From IMG/VR virus record IMGVR_UViG_3300015202_000003, positions 117,413 to 181,412 of that record: a stretch of 64,000 bases of DNA; one strand, written 5' to 3'. Shown here piece by piece: positions 19,672 to 28,263 of this stretch. Under the pieces are notes generated by a model. It was not told the DNA's origin, did no database searches, and saw only the letters and a list, made by a program, of their open reading frames with translations. Within the stretch, counting starts at the first letter, position 1. Each line of letters starts with the position of its first letter. Source of the DNA: a virus. The position numbers and the translations under genes were made by a program.

Positions 19672-20319
19672 ATGAATTACGAAGCACAAGTTTATCGTTT
19701 AGGGGTTTACCGTCAATTTTTAGCAAAAGAAATAGTAAATGCTAAAGAGTGGGATGTGGTAGTAGCTCGTCAAATGTCCTTGGTTCTTCCTTACAGTAAA
19801 GAAGAATTAAAAAAAGCTCATATTTATCAACATGACACTTCAGAAGATATTGACGTTGAATTAATTTTTCCGTCTTATTTAAGATTTTTTCTTAAAGACC
19901 TTGAAATAAAAAAACAATGGGTTAATTTAACGACTTACGATAAGAGTTTATTTTCTCCTGACGCCGTCAAAGCGATTAGTTCTTTAACGGCGATTTATTT
20001 TCTCAGTTTGAATTTTTTATTTTTGTATTTGCGTTCGGATAAAGACATGAGCTATTCTGAAAACTTTGAAAAAATAAAAGGTAAATCTCCGGTATCGGAA
20101 AAGTTGTTTTTATATTTTTTCAAAGCGATGGAAACTTTTCACGTTGGGGGAGAGTTATACGAATCTTTAAAAGAGGTTGTTCCTAAAGGAAAAAATTTGG
20201 GTGTTGAGTTAACTTCTAACGATTGCGATTTTTTTAATTTTACTGCGGCACGTTTAGCTTATTCTTTTTTAATTTATTCTCGGAAAGGGGGAACAACAGT
20301 TTCAACAAAAACGCCTTAA
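19672..20319 (+). CDS. hypothetical protein (215 aa)
   Basis: TAA-ATG junction; no recognisable motif. Confidence 0.75.
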   Translation: MNYEAQVYRLGVYRQFLAKEIVNAKEWDVVVARQMSLVLPYSKEELKKAHIYQHDTSEDIDVELIFPSYLRFFLKDLEIKKQWVNLTTYDKSLFSPDAVKAISSLTAIYFLSLNFLFLYLRSDKDMSYSENFEKIKGKSPVSEKLFLYFFKAMETFHVGGELYESLKEVVPKGKNLGVELTSNDCDFFNFTAARLAYSFLIYSRKGGTTVSTKTP

Positions 20320-20322
20320 AAA

Positions 20323-21327
20323 ATGTCTTTTAAACTTACAAGGAAACAGATTGAAGTTTCTTACAGAAATTTAATTGACTTCGAGAATATTTTAGCGGAA
20401 GCTCCTAATCTTCACAGATCAACGGCCCTTCCGCTGAAAGGCCCTTGTCTTCTAAAATCAAAGGCGTTTATAGTTTCTATTTTTAAAATAGACGCTGCAT
20501 CTAAAAAATGTTATTTAAATTATTTAGAGGTAGAATCAACTGGTTTACAAATTCCATTTTGTTTAGGTAGCGTTAGCTTATTTTGGTTAGATGCTGAAAC
20601 AGGTTACATCTATTCTTCTGTTTCTGCTTTGCCGATTTACGTTCCTCTTTACAATTTAAAAGGTTTGATAGAAAGTTTAGATTTCAATTGGGAGGTTTAT
20701 CTTAAATTGGGAATGAATGGTTTTAACCCGACATCGGGTTTTGATTGGAGATGTAGCCGAACGACTGAACTCGAAAATGTAGGGGGGTTATACTCCAATT
20801 CAATTTCTTACGATAAAAATAAATCTACAATTTTTAATTATATAAATTTTCAAAAAACAGAGGTTTCTCCTGATAAAACTCTTAAAGCAGAAGCTTGGGG
20901 AATGTGTCAGAAATTTTTTAATGTTTTGGCCTCGACTGATTTCTACAATTCTTTAAATATAGAAAATGTTTTGGGAAATTTAATTTCTGTTTCAAAGGAT
21001 TTTCTTGAAGCTAAAGAATCGTTTGATTATTTATTATTAGAAAATTCTTTTCAGTCTCCGATTATGAAAGATTTTTTATTGGAAAATTCTTTTCAGTCTT
21101 TTAATATGAGAGATGTTATTAAGAAAGCAGAAGATGCCAATATACTAAATACTTTGAATATGGGGATTGGAAGTTTTTATGAAAACTACATTAAAAAATA
21201 TTTTGATGATGAAAGTATTTCTAAACAAATTGAAAAAGTAGAAGATAAAAATTTATTTCCCTACGAGATAGTATTAACTCAGTTTTCAAAATTAGTAAGG
21301 AGATTTAAAATCAAAGGAATAATTTAA
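20323..21327 (+). CDS. hypothetical protein, paralogue of 21354
   Basis: Shared LNYLE.ESTGLQ, LFWLDAETG, SSVSALP.YVPL and an identical C-terminus. Confidence 0.8.
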   Translation: MSFKLTRKQIEVSYRNLIDFENILAEAPNLHRSTALPLKGPCLLKSKAFIVSIFKIDAASKKCYLNYLEVESTGLQIPFCLGSVSLFWLDAETGYIYSSVSALPIYVPLYNLKGLIESLDFNWEVYLKLGMNGFNPTSGFDWRCSRTTELENVGGLYSNSISYDKNKSTIFNYINFQKTEVSPDKTLKAEAWGMCQKFFNVLASTDFYNSLNIENVLGNLISVSKDFLEAKESFDYLLLENSFQSPIMKDFLLENSFQSFNMRDVIKKAEDANILNTLNMGIGSFYENYIKKYFDDESISKQIEKVEDKNLFPYEIVLTQFSKLVRRFKIKGII

Positions 21328-22283
21328 GATTTAATTTTAGCTCCTAAAACACAATGTCTTTTAAAAACACAGAAAAGCAAGTAGCAATTTCTTTTAAAGA
21401 TGCTAAGATGGTAGACAGCTATCTTTCAATTTATCCGAAAATAAAGAAGTTAATTGTTCCTAAAGTTAGCCCCTACGGTGATACTTTAAATTATTTAGAA
21501 ACAGAGTCTACGGGGCTACAAGTTCCTATTTATTTAGTGGGATCATCAATTTCTCAGAATCATTTATTTTGGTTAGATGCTGAAACAGGGTTTCTTTTTT
21601 CTTCCGTTTCTGCTTTGCCTGTTTATGTTCCTCTTTTTGATTTAAAAAGTTTTGTAGAAATTTTTGGTTTCAATTGGGAGGTTTATCTTAGATTGGGAAT
21701 GGAGAATTTTGATACAGACGCAGGTTTTGATTACAACGGAAGAAATTTTGACGTGAAAGAGTTGTTTTCAAGTTATTCTTTTTACGATAAAACTAAATCT
21801 ACAGTTTTTAATTATATAAATTATAGAAGTTCTTTAGTCTCTCCTGATCAAGAAAAGAGTTTAAAATTATGGCGGCAGTTTCTGCCAGTGTTTATAACTA
21901 TATCTACGAATGTTTTTTATAATGCTTTAAACTCAAATAATATTTTAGGTTCTTTAATAGATGCTGATGCCTACGCTAAAAACAGACTGGACTATCTATT
22001 ATTAGAAAACTCGTTTCAATCTCCCATATTAAAAGACTTGTTGGGAGTATTAGCAATGGACACTTCTCCCGAACAAATAATAGAAAAAGCAACCAAAGCT
22101 AAGATTTTCGATACGCTCAAAACAGAGCCTCTTATGTTTTCTTCTTCAAACATTAAAAAATATTTTGATGATGTGGATGTTTCTACAGAGTTTAAAGAAT
22201 CTGACAATTTATTTCCCTATGAGATAGTATTAACTCAGTTTTCAAAATTAGTAAGGAGATTTAAAATCAAAGGAATAATTTAA
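21250..22283 (+). repeat. 78-bp direct repeat (21250-21327 and 22206-22283)
   Basis: 77 of 78 nt identical, at the 3' ends of the two paralogues. Confidence 0.9.
21354..22283 (+). CDS. hypothetical protein, paralogue of 20323
   Basis: Same shared blocks as 20323. Confidence 0.8.
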   Translation: MSFKNTEKQVAISFKDAKMVDSYLSIYPKIKKLIVPKVSPYGDTLNYLETESTGLQVPIYLVGSSISQNHLFWLDAETGFLFSSVSALPVYVPLFDLKSFVEIFGFNWEVYLRLGMENFDTDAGFDYNGRNFDVKELFSSYSFYDKTKSTVFNYINYRSSLVSPDQEKSLKLWRQFLPVFITISTNVFYNALNSNNILGSLIDADAYAKNRLDYLLLENSFQSPILKDLLGVLAMDTSPEQIIEKATKAKIFDTLKTEPLMFSSSNIKKYFDDVDVSTEFKESDNLFPYEIVLTQFSKLVRRFKIKGII

Positions 22284-22316
22284 AAGATAAAGAAGATAGA
22301 AATTAACAATTAAAAA

Positions 22317-25300
22317 ATGATTTACAGTTCAGTATTACCTTTCATAGAACAGTCCAAACTTTGTGGTTCTGGATTTATTGAGAATTTCGATTTAACTCAA
22401 GTTTATTTTCCTTTAACACTAACACCAGACTTACAAAAAGTTTTGGATAGCGTTTCTTATAGCTCTTCTTCTCATAATCCTCTTGTTATTCATGTTCAAC
22501 CATTGGATATTTATATCATAGATGCTGTTGACCCTTTGTTTGCTTTATGGCAGTTGAGTAAAAAGACTTCTGATGTAACTTTGAGAAGAGTAGATTATTC
22601 CAATGTTGCCGAGCAGTTAGTTTATTTTAGGGACACGGTAGAAAACAAAGAGAAAGTTTATATTCCCAGTCATGGCAATACGGGGGATGTATTAGATATT
22701 CAAAACTGTTCTTTAATTTTAAAAGCTAAATTGGGACAAGTTGCGGAGGAAAAAGATTTAGTTTCTTTTTCTTTAAGTTCAGAATTTGAGGTTTACGAAA
22801 ATTTAAATTTAGAAGATAACCAAGTTCAAATTGAAGAGCATTTGGAAGAGTTAGATGCTTTGGCTTTTAATTTAAATAAGGAGAAGAGAAAGTTGTTTAA
22901 AAAATTAAATGAAGAGTTGAGTGACGACGAAAAGAGTTTAGATTTAAGTTATACGGGCCAAGTCAACGATAGTTCTGTTATTATGGCGTTTCTTACGTCT
23001 TATTTATTAGAGCCTAAAAATCCTCCTAAAGTCCCTATGATTCAGTCGAACTCGGGAATGGGAAAAAGTTCGATCATTAAATCTTTAGCTAATAAGTTAG
23101 GTTTTAGAATGGTGGATATTCGCGCGGCTTTCATGTTGCCGTTAGATTTTAAAGGTTTGGCAGAGGTGGTGGCGGAAGACAATCAAACAACAACAACTTA
23201 CGCTCCAAGTGCAAAACTTTTGGAGTGTTCGGACGCCGGAATTTATTTTGCCCGTAGCACAGTTGAGAAAATTAAAGTTTTAATTCAAGACATTGTTGAA
23301 ACTTTACCAAAAGAGTTTTCTTCTCAAAATTTAGAACAAGTTTTAAAATTGGATGTTTCCAAAGAGGATAAAACCATTCAAGATATTGTTTCTCGTTTAA
23401 AGAATTTAGCTTATTTTCAAGCTAAGTATGAAGAGAAGTCAAAAAGACCTCTTTTATTTTTAGATGAATATACAAGAGCAATTCCTATGATTCAGGGAGC
23501 GTTCTTTGAAATTTTTACGGACAGAAAATTTGCAGATCAAGAAATGACTTTAGCAAAGGTTTTGGCTGCGACTAACTTTCCTGTAGGGATTGACCCGGAG
23601 TTAGCTTCTAATATGTTCCCCGGTGTGGGTTTAGTAGAGAATCCTGCCGCTTTAAATAGATTCTTAATTTTAAATGTTACGGAGAATGATGTTATTCCTG
23701 ATTGGTTGGTTTGGGCGGGACAAACGAACAAAGAAACGGGAAAACAAAACATTCATCCTTCTGTTTATAAATTTCTCCAAGATAAAAAATATCAAATTTA
23801 CGACTTTAAAGTTGTAGAGAACGCTTTTAATGCTTCTATAGCTGATCAAGACCCTCGTCCTCAAACAAAAGTAGCAACTACTCCTTTCCCCAATTTTAGA
23901 ACTTGGGAGATGGTTTCTAATTATTTATATAGTGAAGAATCTAAGATGGGAGCTACAGCATTTTCTTCTACAGAAAATGTAGGTAATGAATTAGACATAA
24001 CCTCCACAGAAGATGCTCAGGTAGATAAAGATAGTTCAACATTTTCTCCTTCTTCTCCTCTAACATACATAGCAAAGTATACGGCGAAAGATCGTTACGA
24101 ATCCGGGCCTAGAACAGGTGTGATTCGTGCTAATTCTAAAGCAAGAGAGCAAGAAGAAGCTAAAAAGAGTGGTTTGACTTTTGAAGACAGGGGGTCGGAA
24201 GTTGAAATTAATAGTTCGGGAGAAAAAGGCGTTGTTAAATCTTACGACGTTTCTTCTGAAATCTTTGATATTACAACTTCTACAGGAGATCAAAAGGTTT
24301 ATAAAAAAGATGTTACTCTTATTCACTCAAAAGATTATTTATTGTCGTCATCATCAGGGTTAGTTTCTTATTCTGATTCCGTTAAAGATAAAACCTCTCA
24401 AAAATTAAATTCTAAATTACCTGTAATTTTACCGACAGCCCTTGAAAAATTAGTTGGCATAGGGGCTTCTAATGATTTCTTAAAATCAGGTTTTTACAAA
24501 TGTAATAAAAAACTAACAAAGCCAGAAACTTCTATGACGGATGTTACGGATGCGGCATTAAGCTCAAACACTCCTTTGTTATTAGCAGGAAGCAGCAGTC
24601 TTGGCAAGTCGGCAAGAGTTTATCAATGGGCAGAAAAAAACAATGCGGAAGTTATTACAATTTTATTATCTCAAACTGACCCTGCATTAGTAATGGGTAG
24701 ACCAGATACGGTAAAAGCGATTGATTACATGGCGGGAAGCGTTATTTCTTCTGATTCAAAAATAAGAAATCCTCAAACTGGTTTATATGATGATAAAGTT
24801 TCTGTTCAAGGAATGGATGGAAAGCCTGTTGAAATAAACCAAACTCGTTACGCTCAAAGCAATTTAGAAAAATCTGAACCTGAACTTTATCACGATTTAG
24901 CGGTAGATTTTCCTCCTGCTTTAGCTAAGTCTTTTACGACAAGAGTTCCGGATAGAAAATTAAAATCTCAAATGGAGGATATAATTTTCAACAAGAAAAA
25001 AACTTGTATTATATATTTTGATGAGGTAAATATATGCTCAACTCCTGCCGTAATGAGTGCGATTTTCGAGTGTTATTCGGACTCAAGAGTGTTTGGCATT
25101 GACTTTTCTTCTTTTAAAGACAGAGTAAGAATTGTTTGCGCTTGTAACTTAAAGGGTTCGGGAGTATTAGATTTGGACACGGCTTTTGGCGCACGGTTTA
25201 TGACGTTTGCCAAAGAAAAATATGATATTTCGGATGCCAAAGCCTATTTAAATTACGCTGAAACTAAATTAGAAAAGGGAGAGTTTTCTCCAATTTTATA

Positions 25301-26378
25301 TAAGCATTTGAAAGCTTTAAGTCCAACAGATTTATTGGATTTTCTAAGTTCTGTTGACCAAACAGATCAAGGGCAAAAATATGCTGAATCGACGGCGTTA
25401 CCTTCTTCAAGAAGTTTTGAAACACTAAGTCAGTTTTTAAGTTCTGATTCCTACTCTTATTTACGAGGCTCTTTGGTTTGGGCTGATTTAGAAGTAGATA
25501 GCAGATTTAATAGTATTGAAACTTCTAATTTAGCTTTAGATACTTCAAAAGACAAATTAAGGGATTTGTGTGATTTAGTTTCCTCTCGTTTATCAAATTG
25601 GACTTGTTTACGTTCTGACCCCAACGGCTATTATGCAACCACTTTAGTAGGAACATTAAATGCCAGCGGCCCTAAAATAAAAGAGTTATTTGAATACAAT
25701 TATAATTTGGCATTTAAAGACGCTTCTGTTTCAGACGATAAAAAATTAAAATCCTGTAATTCTTTAATGGTTTTAATTAAGGCTATGCGAGATATGGAAA
25801 AGAGGGTAGAAGATAAAAGAAGAGAAACAACAAATAATATCATTGGCCCAGAAGCAGGTTCAAAATTTTTAAATTTTTATAATCCTTTAAGTGGCATGGA
25901 TGGGGATATGTATGAGATTCCGGATTTGGGAGACTTAAAATTAATACCTGTTTATTGGAAACAACAATATGCTTTAGCGGATTCTTCTGTTAATGAAGGC
26001 GGAAGAATCAATCTAATTAATTCTTTGTCTTTGGAATTTACGAAGTTTTGGAGTTCTAAACCAGAATTTAAAGAAGATCAATGTTTGGCATGGTTAAATT
26101 CTTTGTTAAGTCCAATTCCTCAAGTGGATGTTCAAAAAGATGCAGTGATTTCTTTAACAACAAATCCAGACACGGATATAATTTTTTATAAATTGTCTGA
26201 AGACAGTCAGAAAATTATTTTAACACAGGTTTACGGCGCTAAAGAAGTAGATTCTAAATGGAATGATTTAATTGCTTCTCGAAACCCTGAAGCGCAAAAA
26301 ACAATTTCTACTGGAAATCTTTTCCCAATGGATGAATCTTTTGCGGCCAAGTTAAGAAAGTTTGGTTTTGCGGTTTAG
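22317..26378 (+). CDS. MoxR-like AAA+ ATPase with two tandem AAA modules
   Basis: AAA1: SNSGMGKS, LLFLDEYTRA, VLAATN, ALNRF, PNFRTWE. AAA2: GSSSLGKS, IIYFDEVN, IVCACN, FGARF, PSSRSFE. Confidence 0.85.
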   Translation: MIYSSVLPFIEQSKLCGSGFIENFDLTQVYFPLTLTPDLQKVLDSVSYSSSSHNPLVIHVQPLDIYIIDAVDPLFALWQLSKKTSDVTLRRVDYSNVAEQLVYFRDTVENKEKVYIPSHGNTGDVLDIQNCSLILKAKLGQVAEEKDLVSFSLSSEFEVYENLNLEDNQVQIEEHLEELDALAFNLNKEKRKLFKKLNEELSDDEKSLDLSYTGQVNDSSVIMAFLTSYLLEPKNPPKVPMIQSNSGMGKSSIIKSLANKLGFRMVDIRAAFMLPLDFKGLAEVVAEDNQTTTTYAPSAKLLECSDAGIYFARSTVEKIKVLIQDIVETLPKEFSSQNLEQVLKLDVSKEDKTIQDIVSRLKNLAYFQAKYEEKSKRPLLFLDEYTRAIPMIQGAFFEIFTDRKFADQEMTLAKVLAATNFPVGIDPELASNMFPGVGLVENPAALNRFLILNVTENDVIPDWLVWAGQTNKETGKQNIHPSVYKFLQDKKYQIYDFKVVENAFNASIADQDPRPQTKVATTPFPNFRTWEMVSNYLYSEESKMGATAFSSTENVGNELDITSTEDAQVDKDSSTFSPSSPLTYIAKYTAKDRYESGPRTGVIRANSKAREQEEAKKSGLTFEDRGSEVEINSSGEKGVVKSYDVSSEIFDITTSTGDQKVYKKDVTLIHSKDYLLSSSSGLVSYSDSVKDKTSQKLNSKLPVILPTALEKLVGIGASNDFLKSGFYKCNKKLTKPETSMTDVTDAALSSNTPLLLAGSSSLGKSARVYQWAEKNNAEVITILLSQTDPALVMGRPDTVKAIDYMAGSVISSDSKIRNPQTGLYDDKVSVQGMDGKPVEINQTRYAQSNLEKSEPELYHDLAVDFPPALAKSFTTRVPDRKLKSQMEDIIFNKKKTCIIYFDEVNICSTPAVMSAIFECYSDSRVFGIDFSSFKDRVRIVCACNLKGSGVLDLDTAFGARFMTFAKEKYDISDAKAYLNYAETKLEKGEFSPILYKHLKALSPTDLLDFLSSVDQTDQGQKYAESTALPSSRSFETLSQFLSSDSYSYLRGSLVWADLEVDSRFNSIETSNLALDTSKDKLRDLCDLVSSRLSNWTCLRSDPNGYYATTLVGTLNASGPKIKELFEYNYNLAFKDASVSDDKKLKSCNSLMVLIKAMRDMEKRVEDKRRETTNNIIGPEAGSKFLNFYNPLSGMDGDMYEIPDLGDLKLIPVYWKQQYALADSSVNEGGRINLINSLSLEFTKFWSSKPEFKEDQCLAWLNSLLSPIPQVDVQKDAVISLTTNPDTDIIFYKLSEDSQKIILTQVYGAKEVDSKWNDLIASRNPEAQKTISTGNLFPMDESFAAKLRKFGFAV

Positions 26379-26399
26379 AGGGGGGGGTAGGGTTTGTAA

Positions 26400-26448
26400 A
26401 AAGAGGAAGTTGAAATCTTGTTTAATTTCAAATTTCAACTTCCTCTTT
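26400..26448. terminator. 17-bp inverted repeat (terminator or attenuator-like)
   Basis: AAAGAGGAAGTTGAAAT / ATTTCAACTTCCTCTTT between the AAA gene and 26463. Confidence 0.5.
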
Positions 26449-26462
26449 ATTAAAAATAAAAA

Positions 26463-26858
26463 ATGTTACAAGTAGATTTTCTTTCTTATATATTTCTTCG
26501 TTTGGGTTTTTCTGATGAGGTAGCTTATCAAAAGACGTTAAGCGAACAAGACAGGGTTTTAGTTTATATTCCGTTAGATTTTAATTTGTTAGAATCTAAC
26601 TTTCGGGTATGTGAATCTTTAATTTTACAAACTCAGTTTGATTTTGATAAGATTACGTTACCTTATAAATACTTCGATTTCGGTTCAAAGAGTTGGGTAA
26701 ATGTTAAATTAGATTTTGAGTTATTTAAATCTGGTGTGCAATTGGAAGTTACAACCACGTCTGTAGAGGTTAAATCTCCCAGTGGAGTTTTATTGGAGTG
26801 TCCAACTTTTGCATTGAGGGACATCTTTTTACCGGAATATAAAACACAAAATGATTAG
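26463..26858 (+). CDS. hypothetical protein (131 aa) in the AAA-vWA cluster
   Basis: ORF overlapping the next start. Confidence 0.7.
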   Translation: MLQVDFLSYIFLRLGFSDEVAYQKTLSEQDRVLVYIPLDFNLLESNFRVCESLILQTQFDFDKITLPYKYFDFGSKSWVNVKLDFELFKSGVQLEVTTTSVEVKSPSGVLLECPTFALRDIFLPEYKTQND

Positions 26859-28257
26859 CAACATTTACAAAATGGATGAATTTTTAGAGGGTTTTTCCGT
26901 CCGTCCTATTCCTCCAACTCTTAGCACAAATTTATTGGATATAAATTTAATTTACCCTGTAAAACAAAACGGCGTTCCGGGCATGGCTCAGACCATTATA
27001 GAAGTTAAAAAAAGTTCTGCTTTAAAAACTAATATTTCAACTGCTCAAGTAAATTTTAATAAAGACGGTATTTCAACTTTAGACCCTAATTGGAAAGTAA
27101 ATTCACAGTGGGATTCTTATTCTTCTGTAGGAAAACCTTTAGGAATTAAGAATGAAAAAATTCTTCCGGAGTGCGATGCTTATTCTTTTTGGAAGCAGTG
27201 TGAAAAAGAAATTTACGATACTATTTACATAGCTGCTAAATCTTCTTATTTAGTTTTGATGGGGATTGATAAAACTGTTGTTAAAAGTTCAGGGATGTAT
27301 GCTGCCATTGGGCCTAAACAATCTACTTTAAAAGCGACAGGAAAATATGTTTTTGAAATGGTTTTTAATCCGAGCAATTTATTAAAGGTTGCTTTGGATT
27401 TTTATTTTTATTATCGAGAATATTTTAAAACTTTTAAAGACGCTTTTATTTACACCTATGCTTTTATTTTCATACATGAAACGTTACATCTTTCGATGGA
27501 TCATTTCACGACAAAAAACAAAGACTTACAAGATTTACAAGCTGAGGGCGGGGGAGGTCACATGACAATTAATAAATTAGCGGATATGACAATCAATTTA
27601 AGAACCGCTAAAAGATTAAGTTATTTAACTAAGTCTGTAGCTTTAAGACCGATTGGTTTTTATACTACAAAAACAGAGTTTCATGGTAATGCCAGCTCTA
27701 ATTTTTTTAAGTTTTCTGATTTATCTTCTTTACTTTCAAAAATTTTTGGTTTTTCATTTAGTTTTAGCTCTGTCCCTTCTAATTTAGGAGCCTACGAAAT
27801 TAACCCGACAGATTGGATTAACATGGAACTTACGATAAGTCCTGATTTAGTAGATGATTTTTTTAATTCCAGTTCAACTTCTTTTTTGTCTTTTGCAAAA
27901 AATATAAGAGATTTCTTTTTAATTAATCCCGAAGTGGGGAGTTTAAGTTATGCTCAGAAAAAAGAGAAGGAGATAAAAATTTCTTTAGAGGATTTAGAAC
28001 CTGCTGAAACTTGTGTAGGAGAGATTTTATATTCCGCTAAAGCTGGAAAGGCGTTGGGTGATTTATCAGAAGAAAACTTAGGTAGAATTATATCTATTTG
28101 TTCTGTTCTTTCTTCTGAGAGAGGGAAATTAGTCGGGAATACAGACCCTCAAAAAATAGAAGATTACGGTGATTTGTTATATCAACAAATTGATAAGTTA
28201 AATAAGTTTTTAGTTGGTTTATTTCCTTCTCCGGAAATTTCTTTGGAAACGTCTTAA
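26851..28257 (+). CDS. putative zinc metallopeptidase (DUF2201 N-terminal-like)
   Basis: FIHETLHLSMDH (HExxH plus H) followed by INKLADMTIN; lies next to the MoxR ATPase and vWA genes. Confidence 0.7.
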   Translation: MISNIYKMDEFLEGFSVRPIPPTLSTNLLDINLIYPVKQNGVPGMAQTIIEVKKSSALKTNISTAQVNFNKDGISTLDPNWKVNSQWDSYSSVGKPLGIKNEKILPECDAYSFWKQCEKEIYDTIYIAAKSSYLVLMGIDKTVVKSSGMYAAIGPKQSTLKATGKYVFEMVFNPSNLLKVALDFYFYYREYFKTFKDAFIYTYAFIFIHETLHLSMDHFTTKNKDLQDLQAEGGGGHMTINKLADMTINLRTAKRLSYLTKSVALRPIGFYTTKTEFHGNASSNFFKFSDLSSLLSKIFGFSFSFSSVPSNLGAYEINPTDWINMELTISPDLVDDFFNSSSTSFLSFAKNIRDFFLINPEVGSLSYAQKKEKEIKISLEDLEPAETCVGEILYSAKAGKALGDLSEENLGRIISICSVLSSERGKLVGNTDPQKIEDYGDLLYQQIDKLNKFLVGLFPSPEISLETS

Positions 28258-28263
28258 AAAATT

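Noticed and set aside
21250-22283. 78-bp repeat pair as a DGR template/variable repeat
   Set aside because: There is only one synonymous mismatch, both copies are coding 3' ends, and no reverse transcriptase is present in the window.
24109-24112. Complete absence of CTAG
   Set aside because: CTAG looks scarce but occurs here, and its depletion is common in bacteria and phages, so it is not informative without counts.
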